Positions 1-10,100 of a DNA stretch of 20,000 bases are shown piece after piece. The position numbers and the translations under genes were made by a program. The DNA is taken from IMG/VR virus record IMGVR_UViG_3300003962_000201, one strand, 5' to 3'. Origin of the DNA: an uncultured virus (IMG/VR IMGVR_UViG_3300003962_000201) (Duplodnaviria > Heunggongvirae > Uroviricota > Caudoviricetes). Numbering within the stretch: position 1 is the first letter of the stretch; every line of letters starts with the position of its first letter. The notes below the pieces were generated by a model. It searched no databases and had not been told where the DNA came from. It saw only the letters and a program-made list of their open reading frames with translations.

Positions 1-510
1 TCTTCTTTGAAGAAATTATTTCAAACATTTTTAAACTCTGGAAAGCTGGATTATGAAGATGCCGACTCGCTGGAATACGGCGGAAGTCCGGGAACTTATG
101 CAAACATGGAGGCAGGGAATTTTGATGACCTTTCGCCAGACATTAAAGCAATCATTATCGGGTTTATCTTAAAGACCCCAATAAGGATTTTGAAAGGCCT
201 TGTTGAAATTTCCGACCCGAACATTTTTATCGCTTCCAAGATTGCGCTCGCCGCCCGGCTCGCGTGCAAGCCTTTGCCTGTGGCCGTTCCTAGCCTCGCT
301 CTTTTGCCCTCAAATGTATTTCCGCCGCCGCCGCTAGGGCCTGGAATTGGACCGCCTATAAGCCCTCTGGGGTTTGCTTATCTCGCGATTGATGCTTTTG
401 ATAGTATCCCAATACCCGGATGTGAAGAACCCGAAGAAAGCGATAATTATGATAAACCTTCACAAGATGAAGTTAGGAGAAAGTTTTGCGATGAAAACGG
501 GGGAAGTTAA
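1..510 (+). CDS. C-terminal part of a hypothetical phage protein with a Pro-rich segment (5'-truncated by the window)
   Basis: Frame 1 is open from base 1 (TCT TCT TTG...), so the TTG at 7 is probably not the true start. The stop TAA at 508-510 directly abuts the next ATG at 511. Contains PSNVFPPPPLGPGIGPPISPLG. Confidence 0.7.
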   Translation, partial: SSLKKLFQTFLNSGKLDYEDADSLEYGGSPGTYANMEAGNFDDLSPDIKAIIIGFILKTPIRILKGLVEISDPNIFIASKIALAARLACKPLPVAVPSLALLPSNVFPPPPLGPGIGPPISPLGFAYLAIDAFDSIPIPGCEEPEESDNYDKPSQDEVRRKFCDENGGS

Positions 511-891
511 ATGTCGGGAATAGCTCCAAAATTGCCTTTAAGATTTTCCACCGATGGGGGTTTCGCCCAGACGCAGACGCTCAAAGAAACAATTCAGCAA
601 AACTTTAAAAATCTTCTTTTAACCTCTCAGGGCGAGCGGGTGATGGACATCAATTTCGGCGTGGGCCTTCGCGCCCTTCTCTTCGAAAACGACAGCGTTG
701 CTACTCGAAATAATGTTGTTGCTAAAATAAAACAACAAGCGGGAATTTACATGCCGTTTCTCAACATAGCGGCTGTCAAATTCTTTACAAATTTAGAAAA
801 CTCCTTGCTGGAAGCGAACGAAATAAACATTCAGGTTTTTTATTTCATCATTCCTCTTGAAAGCAACGATTTTATTTCAATAAATTTGTAA
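511..891 (+). CDS. Baseplate wedge subunit, T4 gp25 / GPW_gp25-like (sheath-initiator type)
   Basis: 126 aa with the family-typical motif 'IQQNFKNLLLTSQGERVMDINFGVGLRALLFE' (LLxT..GER.m.p.FG..l..lLFE). It lies directly upstream of a gp6/J-like gene. Confidence 0.9.
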   Translation: MSGIAPKLPLRFSTDGGFAQTQTLKETIQQNFKNLLLTSQGERVMDINFGVGLRALLFENDSVATRNNVVAKIKQQAGIYMPFLNIAAVKFFTNLENSLLEANEINIQVFYFIIPLESNDFISINL

Positions 892-895
892 ATTC

Positions 896-901
896 TAATT
901 A
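896..901 (+). promoter_or_regulatory. TAATTA motif 9 nt upstream of ATG 911 (candidate late promoter or translation signal)
   Basis: Lies in the 19-nt intergenic gap. The same hexamer precedes the starts at 2746, 13043 and 17578. Confidence 0.35.
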
Positions 902-910
902 ATAGTTAAA

Positions 911-2716
911 ATGTCTAACAATAAGCGTTCTCCCACCATAATACGATACACTTCACGAGATTTTGAAAGCATTAAGCAAGATTTGGTGGAATACGCCAAG
1001 AGAAACTATCCAGACTCCTACAAAGACAATAGCGAAGCCGGGTTCGGTGCGATGATGCTTGATGCTGTTTCAATAATCGGCGACCAATTATCTTATTACC
1101 TTGATTATTCCGTTAATGAAAGCACTATGGAGACCGCCGCGGAATACAATAACATCTTGAAATTAGCCAAGTTTTTGGGATACAAATACAAAGGTGTTCC
1201 AACTTCACAAGGAATTCAAACATTTTACTTGATAATTCCTGCGAATACAATAGGAAATGCTCCGGACAGAAATTATTTACCAATCTTAAAAAAAGGAAGT
1301 GAAATTGCTTCTCTAAACGGGAATGGTTTTATTGTTAATGAAGATGTTGATTTTTCTAACATAAATAATGAAATTGTTGTTGCGAGAGTTGATGATAATA
1401 CAGGAACTCCAACAGCTTACGCTGTTAAATCATTCGGCCAAATAATTTCTGGAAAACTAATTGAAGAATTGGTTGAAGTTGGTGAATTTAAAAAATTCTT
1501 AAAATTAGAGTTAGGGTCGGCAAACATTGCGGAGATTATTTCAATTCACGATGAAGAAGGAAACGAATACTTTGAGGTTGAAAATTTAACACAAGATACG
1601 ATTTATAGACCAATCGCAAATCGCGATGCGACAACGAACATTTATTCTAAATCAATTTTAAGACCATTTTTGGTTCCAAGAAGATTTGTTGTTGAACGAG
1701 AATTAAATAAGACATTTATTCAATTTGGCTTTGGCGGAGAACAAAACTCCTCTGTTTCTCAAATAATAGACCCATCAAGAGCAATTTTAAAAGAATACGG
1801 AAAAGATTACATAAGCAATACCTCTTTTGACCCAGGTAAGCTCCTTGAAACAGATGCTATGGGAATTGCCCCAGCAAATACAACATTAAGAGTTGTCTAT
1901 CGGGTGAACACGCAAAGTCAAGTCAACGCTTCTGTTAATTCCGTAACACAAATAACAAATCCTATTTTTGAGTTTTCTAACATCTCTTCTTTGGACGCAA
2001 ATCAAGTTGCTTCTGTTATTAATTCCCTGGAAACAAATAATGACGAAACAATCATAGGGGATACAACACCAATAACCACAGATGAATTAAAAATTCAAGC
2101 GTACGGAACATTTAGTTCCCAAAATAGAGCGGTTACTCTCCAAGATTACAAAACCTATGTTTATTCTATGCCGGGCGAGTTCGGTTCAATTAAAAGAGTA
2201 AATGTTATTCAGGATAAAAACTCCTTCAAGAGAAATCTTAATTTTTATGTTATAAGCGAAGATAGTTCCGGAAAACTTGTAACAACAAATGATACAATTA
2301 AGCAAAACTTAAAAATTTGGCTTGAAAATGGAAAAATGATAAATGATACGATAGACATTCTTGATGCTGTCATCGTCAATTATGGAATTGAGTACCAAGT
2401 TATTGGAGATTTAAACATAAACAAATTTAACATTTTATCATCCTGCAACCAAGCCATTCGGGATTATCTTCAAATCCTTCCTGAAATTGGTGAAAACTTT
2501 TTCATAAGCGAGATTTTTAAAATCTTGAATGATGTTGATGGAGTTGTTGATGTTGTCGGTGTTAAAATTGTTCCAAAGACCGGTGGTGTTTATTCTTCTG
2601 CCACATTTGATTTTGAGAAAGAAACGGTTTCTAACGGAAGATTTGTTAAAGTTCCCAAGAACGTCGTGGTTGAGTGCAAATACCCGAAAAATGACATTAA
2701 GGGTTCTGTAAGATAA
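911..2716 (+). CDS. Baseplate wedge subunit, T4 gp6 / baseplate-J-like
   Basis: 601 aa. N-terminal 'YTSRDFESIKQDLVEYAKRNYPDSYKD..EAGFGAMMLD..SIIGDQLSYYLD', then 'LAKFLGYK', and C-terminal 'QNRAVTLQDY', all typical of gp6/J-like wedge proteins. Adjacent to the gp25-like gene. Confidence 0.9.
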   Translation: MSNNKRSPTIIRYTSRDFESIKQDLVEYAKRNYPDSYKDNSEAGFGAMMLDAVSIIGDQLSYYLDYSVNESTMETAAEYNNILKLAKFLGYKYKGVPTSQGIQTFYLIIPANTIGNAPDRNYLPILKKGSEIASLNGNGFIVNEDVDFSNINNEIVVARVDDNTGTPTAYAVKSFGQIISGKLIEELVEVGEFKKFLKLELGSANIAEIISIHDEEGNEYFEVENLTQDTIYRPIANRDATTNIYSKSILRPFLVPRRFVVERELNKTFIQFGFGGEQNSSVSQIIDPSRAILKEYGKDYISNTSFDPGKLLETDAMGIAPANTTLRVVYRVNTQSQVNASVNSVTQITNPIFEFSNISSLDANQVASVINSLETNNDETIIGDTTPITTDELKIQAYGTFSSQNRAVTLQDYKTYVYSMPGEFGSIKRVNVIQDKNSFKRNLNFYVISEDSSGKLVTTNDTIKQNLKIWLENGKMINDTIDILDAVIVNYGIEYQVIGDLNINKFNILSSCNQAIRDYLQILPEIGENFFISEIFKILNDVDGVVDVVGVKIVPKTGGVYSSATFDFEKETVSNGRFVKVPKNVVVECKYPKNDIKGSVR

Positions 2717-2730
2717 TTTGTTAAAGTTCA

Positions 2731-2736
2731 TAATTA
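2731..2736 (+). promoter_or_regulatory. TAATTA motif 9 nt upstream of ATG 2746
   Basis: Lies in the 29-nt intergenic gap, with the same spacing as the motif before 911. No Shine-Dalgarno site is visible. Confidence 0.35.
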
Positions 2737-2745
2737 CATTAACAA

Positions 2746-4185
2746 ATGACGATTTTTAGATTATCAGCCTCAAAAGATAATTCAATAACAAACGCTTATT
2801 CTTATAATTTAACAACCCGAATGACCGGAGCAAATAACGGTGCCGCGGATGTTAATGAAGTTTTTAGCATTTTCGGGCAAGCATCGTCATCTTCACAGGA
2901 GATTTCACGGGCTCTTTACCAATTTCCTATTGATACATTCTCAACCCGCCGATCTCTTGGTCTTCTTCCTGTTTCTGGTTCTGTTTCGTTTTTCTTGAAA
3001 CTCTCCAACGCGAGACACGGAGAAACTTTACCAACTCAATTTACCTTAGTTGTTAATCCTTTATCTTCCTCTTGGGATGAAGGCGGAGGTCTTGATTTAG
3101 AAAATGGAAAAGACCTCTCTCCTGTTGGTCAATTTGGCTCAAACTGGATTTATCGCTCTTCTGGTTCTTTATGGACCTCTCAAGGAGGAGATTTCTTAAC
3201 TTCCTCGGTTTATTCGCAATACTTTGAAAATGGTGATGAAAACCTGTCCATCGACATAACACCTTTGGTTGAAGAGTGGATTTCGGGAACAACTCCTAAT
3301 AACGGCTTGATTGTCCGCCTTTCAGGAACACAAGAGAGCGGCTCAAATCAATCATTTTATACCAAGCGTTTCTTTTCGCGAGGCTCGGAATTTTTCTATG
3401 AAAGACCTTGGATAGAGGCGAGATACAACGACAACATCTATGATAATAGAAATAATTTCGCAGCCTCTTCAACGCTCGCAACAGCGCAAGAAAATTTGAA
3501 TGTTCTTTATTTTTACAATTATGTCCGTGGAGCGTTGCGAAACATTCCGGCAGTCGGGACAAGTTCTGTTTATGTCTCTTTCTGGACTTCCGCGTCAGCG
3601 GGAACACAACTTTTAACAGCGCCAACAACTCCAATAACGGGCGGGTGGCTTTCAACTGGAATTTACACAGCTTCGGTTGCTTTGGATACAACCTCTTCGG
3701 TTGTTTATGATAGATGGTTTTATTCTTCAACCTCCGGTGAAGTTTATTTTCATACTGGAACAATTTATCCTGTTTCAATAAAAGAAAATCTCCCAGATAC
3801 TGAATTTATTATAAACATTAAAAATTTGAAAAAAGTCTATAATACAACCGAAAAATCTCGCTTGAAATTATTTGTTCGTCAAAAAAATTGGAGACCGACA
3901 ATCTATTACAAAGCAACCGAAACAGCAAAGAATTTGATTTTATCAAGTTCTTATTACAAGATTTTCCGTGCTGTTGATGGTTTTGAGGTCATACCTTACG
4001 GAACAGGCTCAAATGAACATACAAGATTGTCTTTTAATGGAGATGGTAATTATTTTGACTTGGATTTCAATTTATTTGAGCCGGGATACATGTATTCTAT
4101 TAAAATTCTTGTTAAAAACAGAGATAATGAATACTTGGAGCAAAAAGAAACATTTAATTTCAGGGTAGAAAATAATGTCAATTAA
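2746..4185 (+). CDS. Putative virion structural protein with an N-terminal DNRLRE/CBM96-like beta-sandwich domain
   Basis: 479 aa. The pattern 'SRALYQF...SSWDEG...NW......W...GGDF...IDITPLVEEWISG..PNNGLIVR...FFSRGSE...RPWIEARY' resembles DNRLRE-type domains. Sits within the baseplate cluster. Confidence 0.6.
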   Translation: MTIFRLSASKDNSITNAYSYNLTTRMTGANNGAADVNEVFSIFGQASSSSQEISRALYQFPIDTFSTRRSLGLLPVSGSVSFFLKLSNARHGETLPTQFTLVVNPLSSSWDEGGGLDLENGKDLSPVGQFGSNWIYRSSGSLWTSQGGDFLTSSVYSQYFENGDENLSIDITPLVEEWISGTTPNNGLIVRLSGTQESGSNQSFYTKRFFSRGSEFFYERPWIEARYNDNIYDNRNNFAASSTLATAQENLNVLYFYNYVRGALRNIPAVGTSSVYVSFWTSASAGTQLLTAPTTPITGGWLSTGIYTASVALDTTSSVVYDRWFYSSTSGEVYFHTGTIYPVSIKENLPDTEFIINIKNLKKVYNTTEKSRLKLFVRQKNWRPTIYYKATETAKNLILSSSYYKIFRAVDGFEVIPYGTGSNEHTRLSFNGDGNYFDLDFNLFEPGYMYSIKILVKNRDNEYLEQKETFNFRVENNVN

Positions 4186-7100
4186 GAACCTGTTCAACAA
4201 AAACGACATTCTTCAAATTCTTCCTGCGACAACCGAAGAAGAAATTTCTCGCGAAATTGAAAGCGAAGGATACATAAGTTCCTTTATTGAAGAACAAAAT
4301 AAGTTTCTCCCAAGAGTAGACCTATCAAATCCGGCCAATTTTGCTCGTTGGGGTTCTGCGGAGCAATACTATCTCGACAGTATCGAGTACATCGCTGAAA
4401 CTTATCCTTATGATGGATCTTTAAAAGAAAAAGTAAATTGGTCTTTAAGTTCTTCTTATCTTGATTTGTACCTCTTTGAAAATGAATACCCAAGAGTAAA
4501 TGGTTATGTTAATCTTGGATTAAACTATGGAACGCAAGTTTCGTCAAGCTCCAATTATTCTCTTGTTGATAATTTATCCTACATTTTCTTAAAAGGCGGC
4601 CCAAATTCCGCCTCGGCCGGAATGGAGGGAAAACCTCTTGCGGAAACCTTTAATTTATCAAATTATTATAGCACCGCCTCAAATAGAGAAAATAATCTTG
4701 AAATAGACCCGAATGCCGGAATAACAATTGAATTTTGGATGAATAAAGTTTCAGCCTCGGTCGGTTCTGGGAAACAGGTTATTTTTGATTTGTGGAATTC
4801 TCGTTCTTATGCCGACACAAATTACGGAAGAATTCGTCTTGAAATTAGACCACAAATTACCGGAAGCCAAAATCAATTCTTTCTCGAAATTCGTTCCGGA
4901 AGTTCCGGCCTTTCAGCTCAACGAGCAGATACGACAATTCCAATCGGCAACAACCTTTTAATCACCGGAAGCGATTGGAAACAGTATTCTTTGACCGTAA
5001 AAAATTCCGGAAGCCAAATGGTCGCGGAACTTTGGACTTCTGGCGTTCTTAATGATACAATCATAACAGGGTCTTCAATCGGGGCCATAACCGGCTCTAT
5101 GATTGCGACCATAGGTTCTCTCATAACATCTGTTTCGGGCGCCAACGGCGGATTAGGGTGGGGCAAACTCTCTGCTTCTCTTGATGAATTTAGATTTTGG
5201 AAAGTTAAACGAAACGCCGAGCAGATTGGTCGTTATTGGTTTACCCAAGTCGGCGGTGGAACAAATACCGATTTAGCAAATACTAATTTAGGAATTTATT
5301 ACAAATTTAACGAAGGTGTTTGGAATAGCTCCTCAATTGATTACGCTGACGCGAAAATTCTTGACTATTCCGGTCGCATCTCTAATGGAAATCTTGTCGG
5401 GTATTCTCTTGGTATGCGTTCAACATCTTCCGCTATGGTTCTTGCTGGTGCAACCGAAAGAGAATTCCAAGACCCAATAATTTATTTATCTCACCCAAGG
5501 GTTCAAGAATTTCTTTCGGCAAAGCAAGAAATAGGATTTAACCACGATGTTTCAGGGTCATCAAATCTTTATTTTATGTTCCCTGCTTGGATTAGAGAAG
5601 AAGACGAGAAAGACAACGCTTTTGTTCTTAAAAAGTTTTCTCAAATTATCGGCAAATCTTTTGATGACCTCCATCTCCAAATTGAGAGTTTCTCAAAGAT
5701 AAAGCACCCGGATTATACAGAAACAACCGAACGGCCTTACAATTTTACAAGCAGACTTGTCAATTCAACAGGATTGTTTGTTCCTGAACTTTTTACGCAA
5801 GCGGAGGCTCTTGAGGCTCTTGCGAACCGAAGTGAAATTGAAGAGTTTGAGAATAAACTTTACGAAATTAAAAGCAGAATTTATGAAAACATTTATAATA
5901 ATTTGTCTTTCATAAACAAATCAAAAGGAACAGAAAAATCTTTTAGAAATTTGTTTCACGCATTTGGAGTTGATGATGATTTATTGAAAGTTAATCTCTA
6001 TGTTGATGGAGAAACTTACAAATTTGAAAATAATTTAAAATTTGGCGTTGCCCGTAAAAAATTTGCCGATTTCAACAATCCCGATAGATTTGATGCGACA
6101 ATTTATCAATTTACATCAAGCCAAACCAATAGTCGTTCATTTATCTCAAATCTTTCTGGAACAAGATTTAACGGAGAGACATACGAAATTGAGTGCCTCT
6201 TTCCAAAGAAATTTGAAAGAGACAGCGAACTTTACTTTGAGACAACCTTTTTGTCTTCTTCCATCTTTGGAGGACACACGGCAAATACAGGAACAACCCA
6301 AAACAATTTGGGTTGGAACTCTCCCGACATTTTCAATTTCCAAGTCTACTCTGTTCGCGAAAGCCAAGAGAGTAAAAATGTTTATTTCCAACTAACTGGA
6401 ACTTCCGGAGGGTCTGTTCCAAATCTAACTTCTTCTGTTTTCAAAGATGTTTATGATAATTCCAAGTGGAATTTGTTTGTTAGAATTAAACCAAATGGGT
6501 ATCCTTACGCTTCAGCGACTTCTGGCTCAATTTCAACTTACACAATAGAATTTATTGGAAAAAATTATGTTCTTGATGTTCTCGTTAATTCTTTCGCGGT
6601 TTCCTCAACAATTCCTTCATCATTTTTGAGCGGCGCTCGAAGAATGTATGCCGGCGCTCATAGACAAAATTTCACAGGCACCGTTATTGATAGAACAGAT
6701 GTTAAAATTTCTAATCTTCGGTATTGGGTCTCCGCTTTGGAAGATGAAGTTCTTGATTTGCACGCAAAAGATGCTTTTAATTATGGAACAATAAACCCTA
6801 TTCAAAACGCTTATTTGAGCGACAGAAACCTTTTTGGAAACGACATTCAGCAAATTCCATACGGACAAACTCTTGCTTTGTACTGGGATTTTTCAAGCGT
6901 TTCTTCTTCCGGACCATCAAGCGACGGAAACCCAACAACTTATGATGCGACCTTTGAGGTTGCAGATTTATCTTCTGGTTCGGCGGAGTTAAGACAGTCT
7001 TTACCAGCAATTAGAGATGCTGTCAATTATTTTTATCCAGGTATCGGTGGATTTTATCCTCCAAACGATACAAACGCAATTAATCAGGAATACCTCCAAA

Positions 7101-10100
7101 ATGCTGAATTAATGTTGCCGGAGGTTCAAAACTCTTCCAACCTTGTATCAATCTTAAACCAAGATGATGAAGTTTTTACAAGAGAAAGCAAACCTATAAA
7201 ACATTTTTTCTCCGTTGAGAAGAGTTTTAACTCAATCATTTCAAAAGAAATGTTGAAAATGTTTGGAACAATTCAGGCTTTTAATAATTTGATCGGCGAA
7301 CCTGTTAATCGTTATAGACAAAATTATAAAATGCTTGAAAAAATGAGAAGCATTTATTTTAGCACGATTGAAAACAAACCGGATTTTGATAGGTTCTTGG
7401 AATACTTTAAATGGATTGATAGTTCAATTTCCACGATTGTCTATCAATTAATTCCGGCGACCGCAATTGCTTCTCAAAAAATTCGAAATGTTGTTGAAAG
7501 CCACATTTTAGAGAGAAATAAGTATTGGACCAAGTTTCCAACTATGGAGTTCAAGACACCAACACCAGAAGGCGGGATGCGAGGCATCAACGAGCGATTG
7601 TATCCAGGAGCCTCCGGGACAGCCCCAGCAAACGGTTTGCAGGCCTCAAATGGTTATTGGTGGAGAGCGCGAGCGGAGCGACAAAACCCCGCCATAACCT
7701 CAAATAACGCGAATGCGGACATTTCGCGAAACATCATTCTCTCTTCAACCTATTCAGCGCTTGAGAGAAGCTTTTCAACTCCTTATCATTTGGATGTTTT
7801 AAAGACACCGGATTTAACAAGCTCTTTGTCTCCAGTTTCGGTTGTGAATGTTAAAAACTCTCGGGCAGTTTCATCATCTAATGATGAAGGATTTGTTGCG
7901 AACCCCGTTGAAAACTTTGTTCCTCTTCATGGGGCCTATGAAAAACTAGGAAACTACAAAGAAGATTATGAAATAATTTCAACATCCGGAAGAAAAAATC
8001 AAAATAGATTTTTTATCAAATCTGGTGGTTTATCGGTTGCTTATGCAAATTCACAATTTATTTCGGGAGTTAATGAATTTCAAACATTAAACCGGTCAGG
8101 TTCCTCCGCGAAAAACAAATGGGTTTTCGTTGAAAAATTTAGCGCTCCGGGTGGACCCGAAACCAACGCAGCGGCCGGCTTGGATGTCGAAGCTGGGGAA
8201 TACTCCATTTACAATTCGGTCAACGAGAGAAACAAAATTGTTAGAAGCCAGCTTAACCGATGGTCGCAAGATTATAATGTTTGGGGCGGTTCCTCATCAA
8301 TTTCTGTTGGCGCCCAAGAAGTTCCCGGGTATCATAAAATAAACCGGAATACTTCATACCGAAATGAATTGAGCGGAACATCAAATTCAATTGTCGTCTC
8401 TGCATCAAGAGATAATCTCTTTATTCAACGACCACTCCCGGCAAACGACATTCAGTATTCCTGGATAACGGCTTCGCTCAACGCGGGAATAACGCAACCT
8501 TTTGGATTTTTGACCGAATTTTATAGAGCAACAGGAACAGCGACCTCTTCTTCTTTGACTTTCCTTTCGCAATCTTTAAGTTCTTCTTTGGTTTCCTTTG
8601 TCGGCATCGTGAATAACCTTGAAAAAGACCTTGACGAAGCCGGTCACTTTTTATCATCAAGCGTTTCCGCCAACGGAGAACTCTTAAATGAAAGAATTTT
8701 AAATCTTAATGGGCCTTACGGGCATTCAACTTGGAAACAAATTCGAGCAGGACAAACAATCTCCGGGAGGTGGCTCAACAAAAATAATTTTATTTCCATA
8801 ATGGATGCTCCCAGAGATTTTATTTTTATTGATGAAAACGGGAAGCAAGAAAAAGTTTTCGCGCGACCTGGAACCTTCAAGGATTATAAAGAAAGCCCTT
8901 TTTCAAGTAAATACAAACCGATGGTTCATTCATTAAAGATGAAGGATACTGGGCGAGATTTATTGTTTGTTCATTCTTATGCGAACATAATTTCTTCTTT
9001 TGGAAATAACGAAATCATTAATAAGTTAAATTATAAAAATTGCGAACCACAAATTTATGATAAATTAAAAGAAATTTACATAAACACCGATTTGACAGAC
9101 GAAACAAGCCCGATAAGCAAAGTTAATAAAATTGTTTATAGCGAAGTTGTTTTTCCAAAAGAAAGCAACACCGGCTTAAATCGCTCAAGAAGCAGAGTTT
9201 TTTATTCAAAAGAGACAGCATCTTTCTCAAACCAATCTTGGACTTCGACCGGAATTGGTTCTGGAAATTATGCGGTTCTTTCAAACGTTATTAACGGAGC
9301 AGACATTCACATTTTCGCTCGAAGAACTTTCTGGCGAGATGACCCAGGATTGAGAAATCGAAAAAGGCCGGTTGTTTTCTCAAACAATCCTTCGCCCGGC
9401 GGACAAACAGTTTATTCAACAACCCTTCCAAATTCTATGAATGTTCGTGATGGTTTCGCATCTTCTATTTGGCCTTTTGGGACGCACTGGTTAAAAAACG
9501 GAACTCTTGGGGATGGCCAAAACGACATTCACATTTCGGGAAATGATAATTTTGATTTCGGGGAACTCAACAAACCTTATCGTTTTGATATTTTCTCTTG
9601 GTATAAGAATACTGTTGTTTCTGGAACACAAGATTATTATTATTCAATTTATCCAACAGCAAGCATTTCTTTCTTTTATCCAGCAGTATTTTTGCCGATA
9701 ACTTGTTCTCGCGTCAACGCTGGAACAACTTTATTTACGCCAAACGGAGTTGAATTAACGATGCCTTGGAGGGTCGCCGAGGAAAGTGGCCGAAGACCTT
9801 TCTATGATACATACGAAGATTTCTCAGCGGATGTTAGAGCGATAGGAAAAGATTATTCACAAATTCCTGAGTTTACAATTGATGGACAATTAACTTATTT
9901 TGTCGCTAATCAAGGAGGTAATTTTAGGGCGCTGACAAATACTTTCTTGGGTTTGATTGGCGGCGAAGCTTCTTCGAGCGCTCCTTCAACCACTGGAAGA
10001 TTTAGTGATAATTTCTTTAACACTTTCGTTCATTCGGACTCTTTAAAGCGATACGGGAAAGTCCTTAATGAACACCGAGATTATGGTGTCTCTAAAATAA

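Noticed and set aside
511..2716. Interpretation as a bacterial eCIS, tailocin or T6SS locus
   Set aside because: gp25 and J-like genes also occur in those systems. However, the very large LamG-bearing and uncharacterised genes, tight single-strand packing and palindrome avoidance fit a large phage better. It cannot be fully excluded without capsid or terminase genes.
4860..5015. Clustered CCGGAAG repeats
   Set aside because: These encode repeated Thr/Ser-Gly-Ser peptides at irregular spacing. There is no repeat-spacer structure, so this is not CRISPR.
9302..9536. 13-nt direct repeat GACATTCACATTT at 9302 and 9524
   Set aside because: Both copies encode DIHI in frame, and ATAT avoidance forces GAC and CAC at these positions. 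Two short copies do not indicate an array or a mobile element end.
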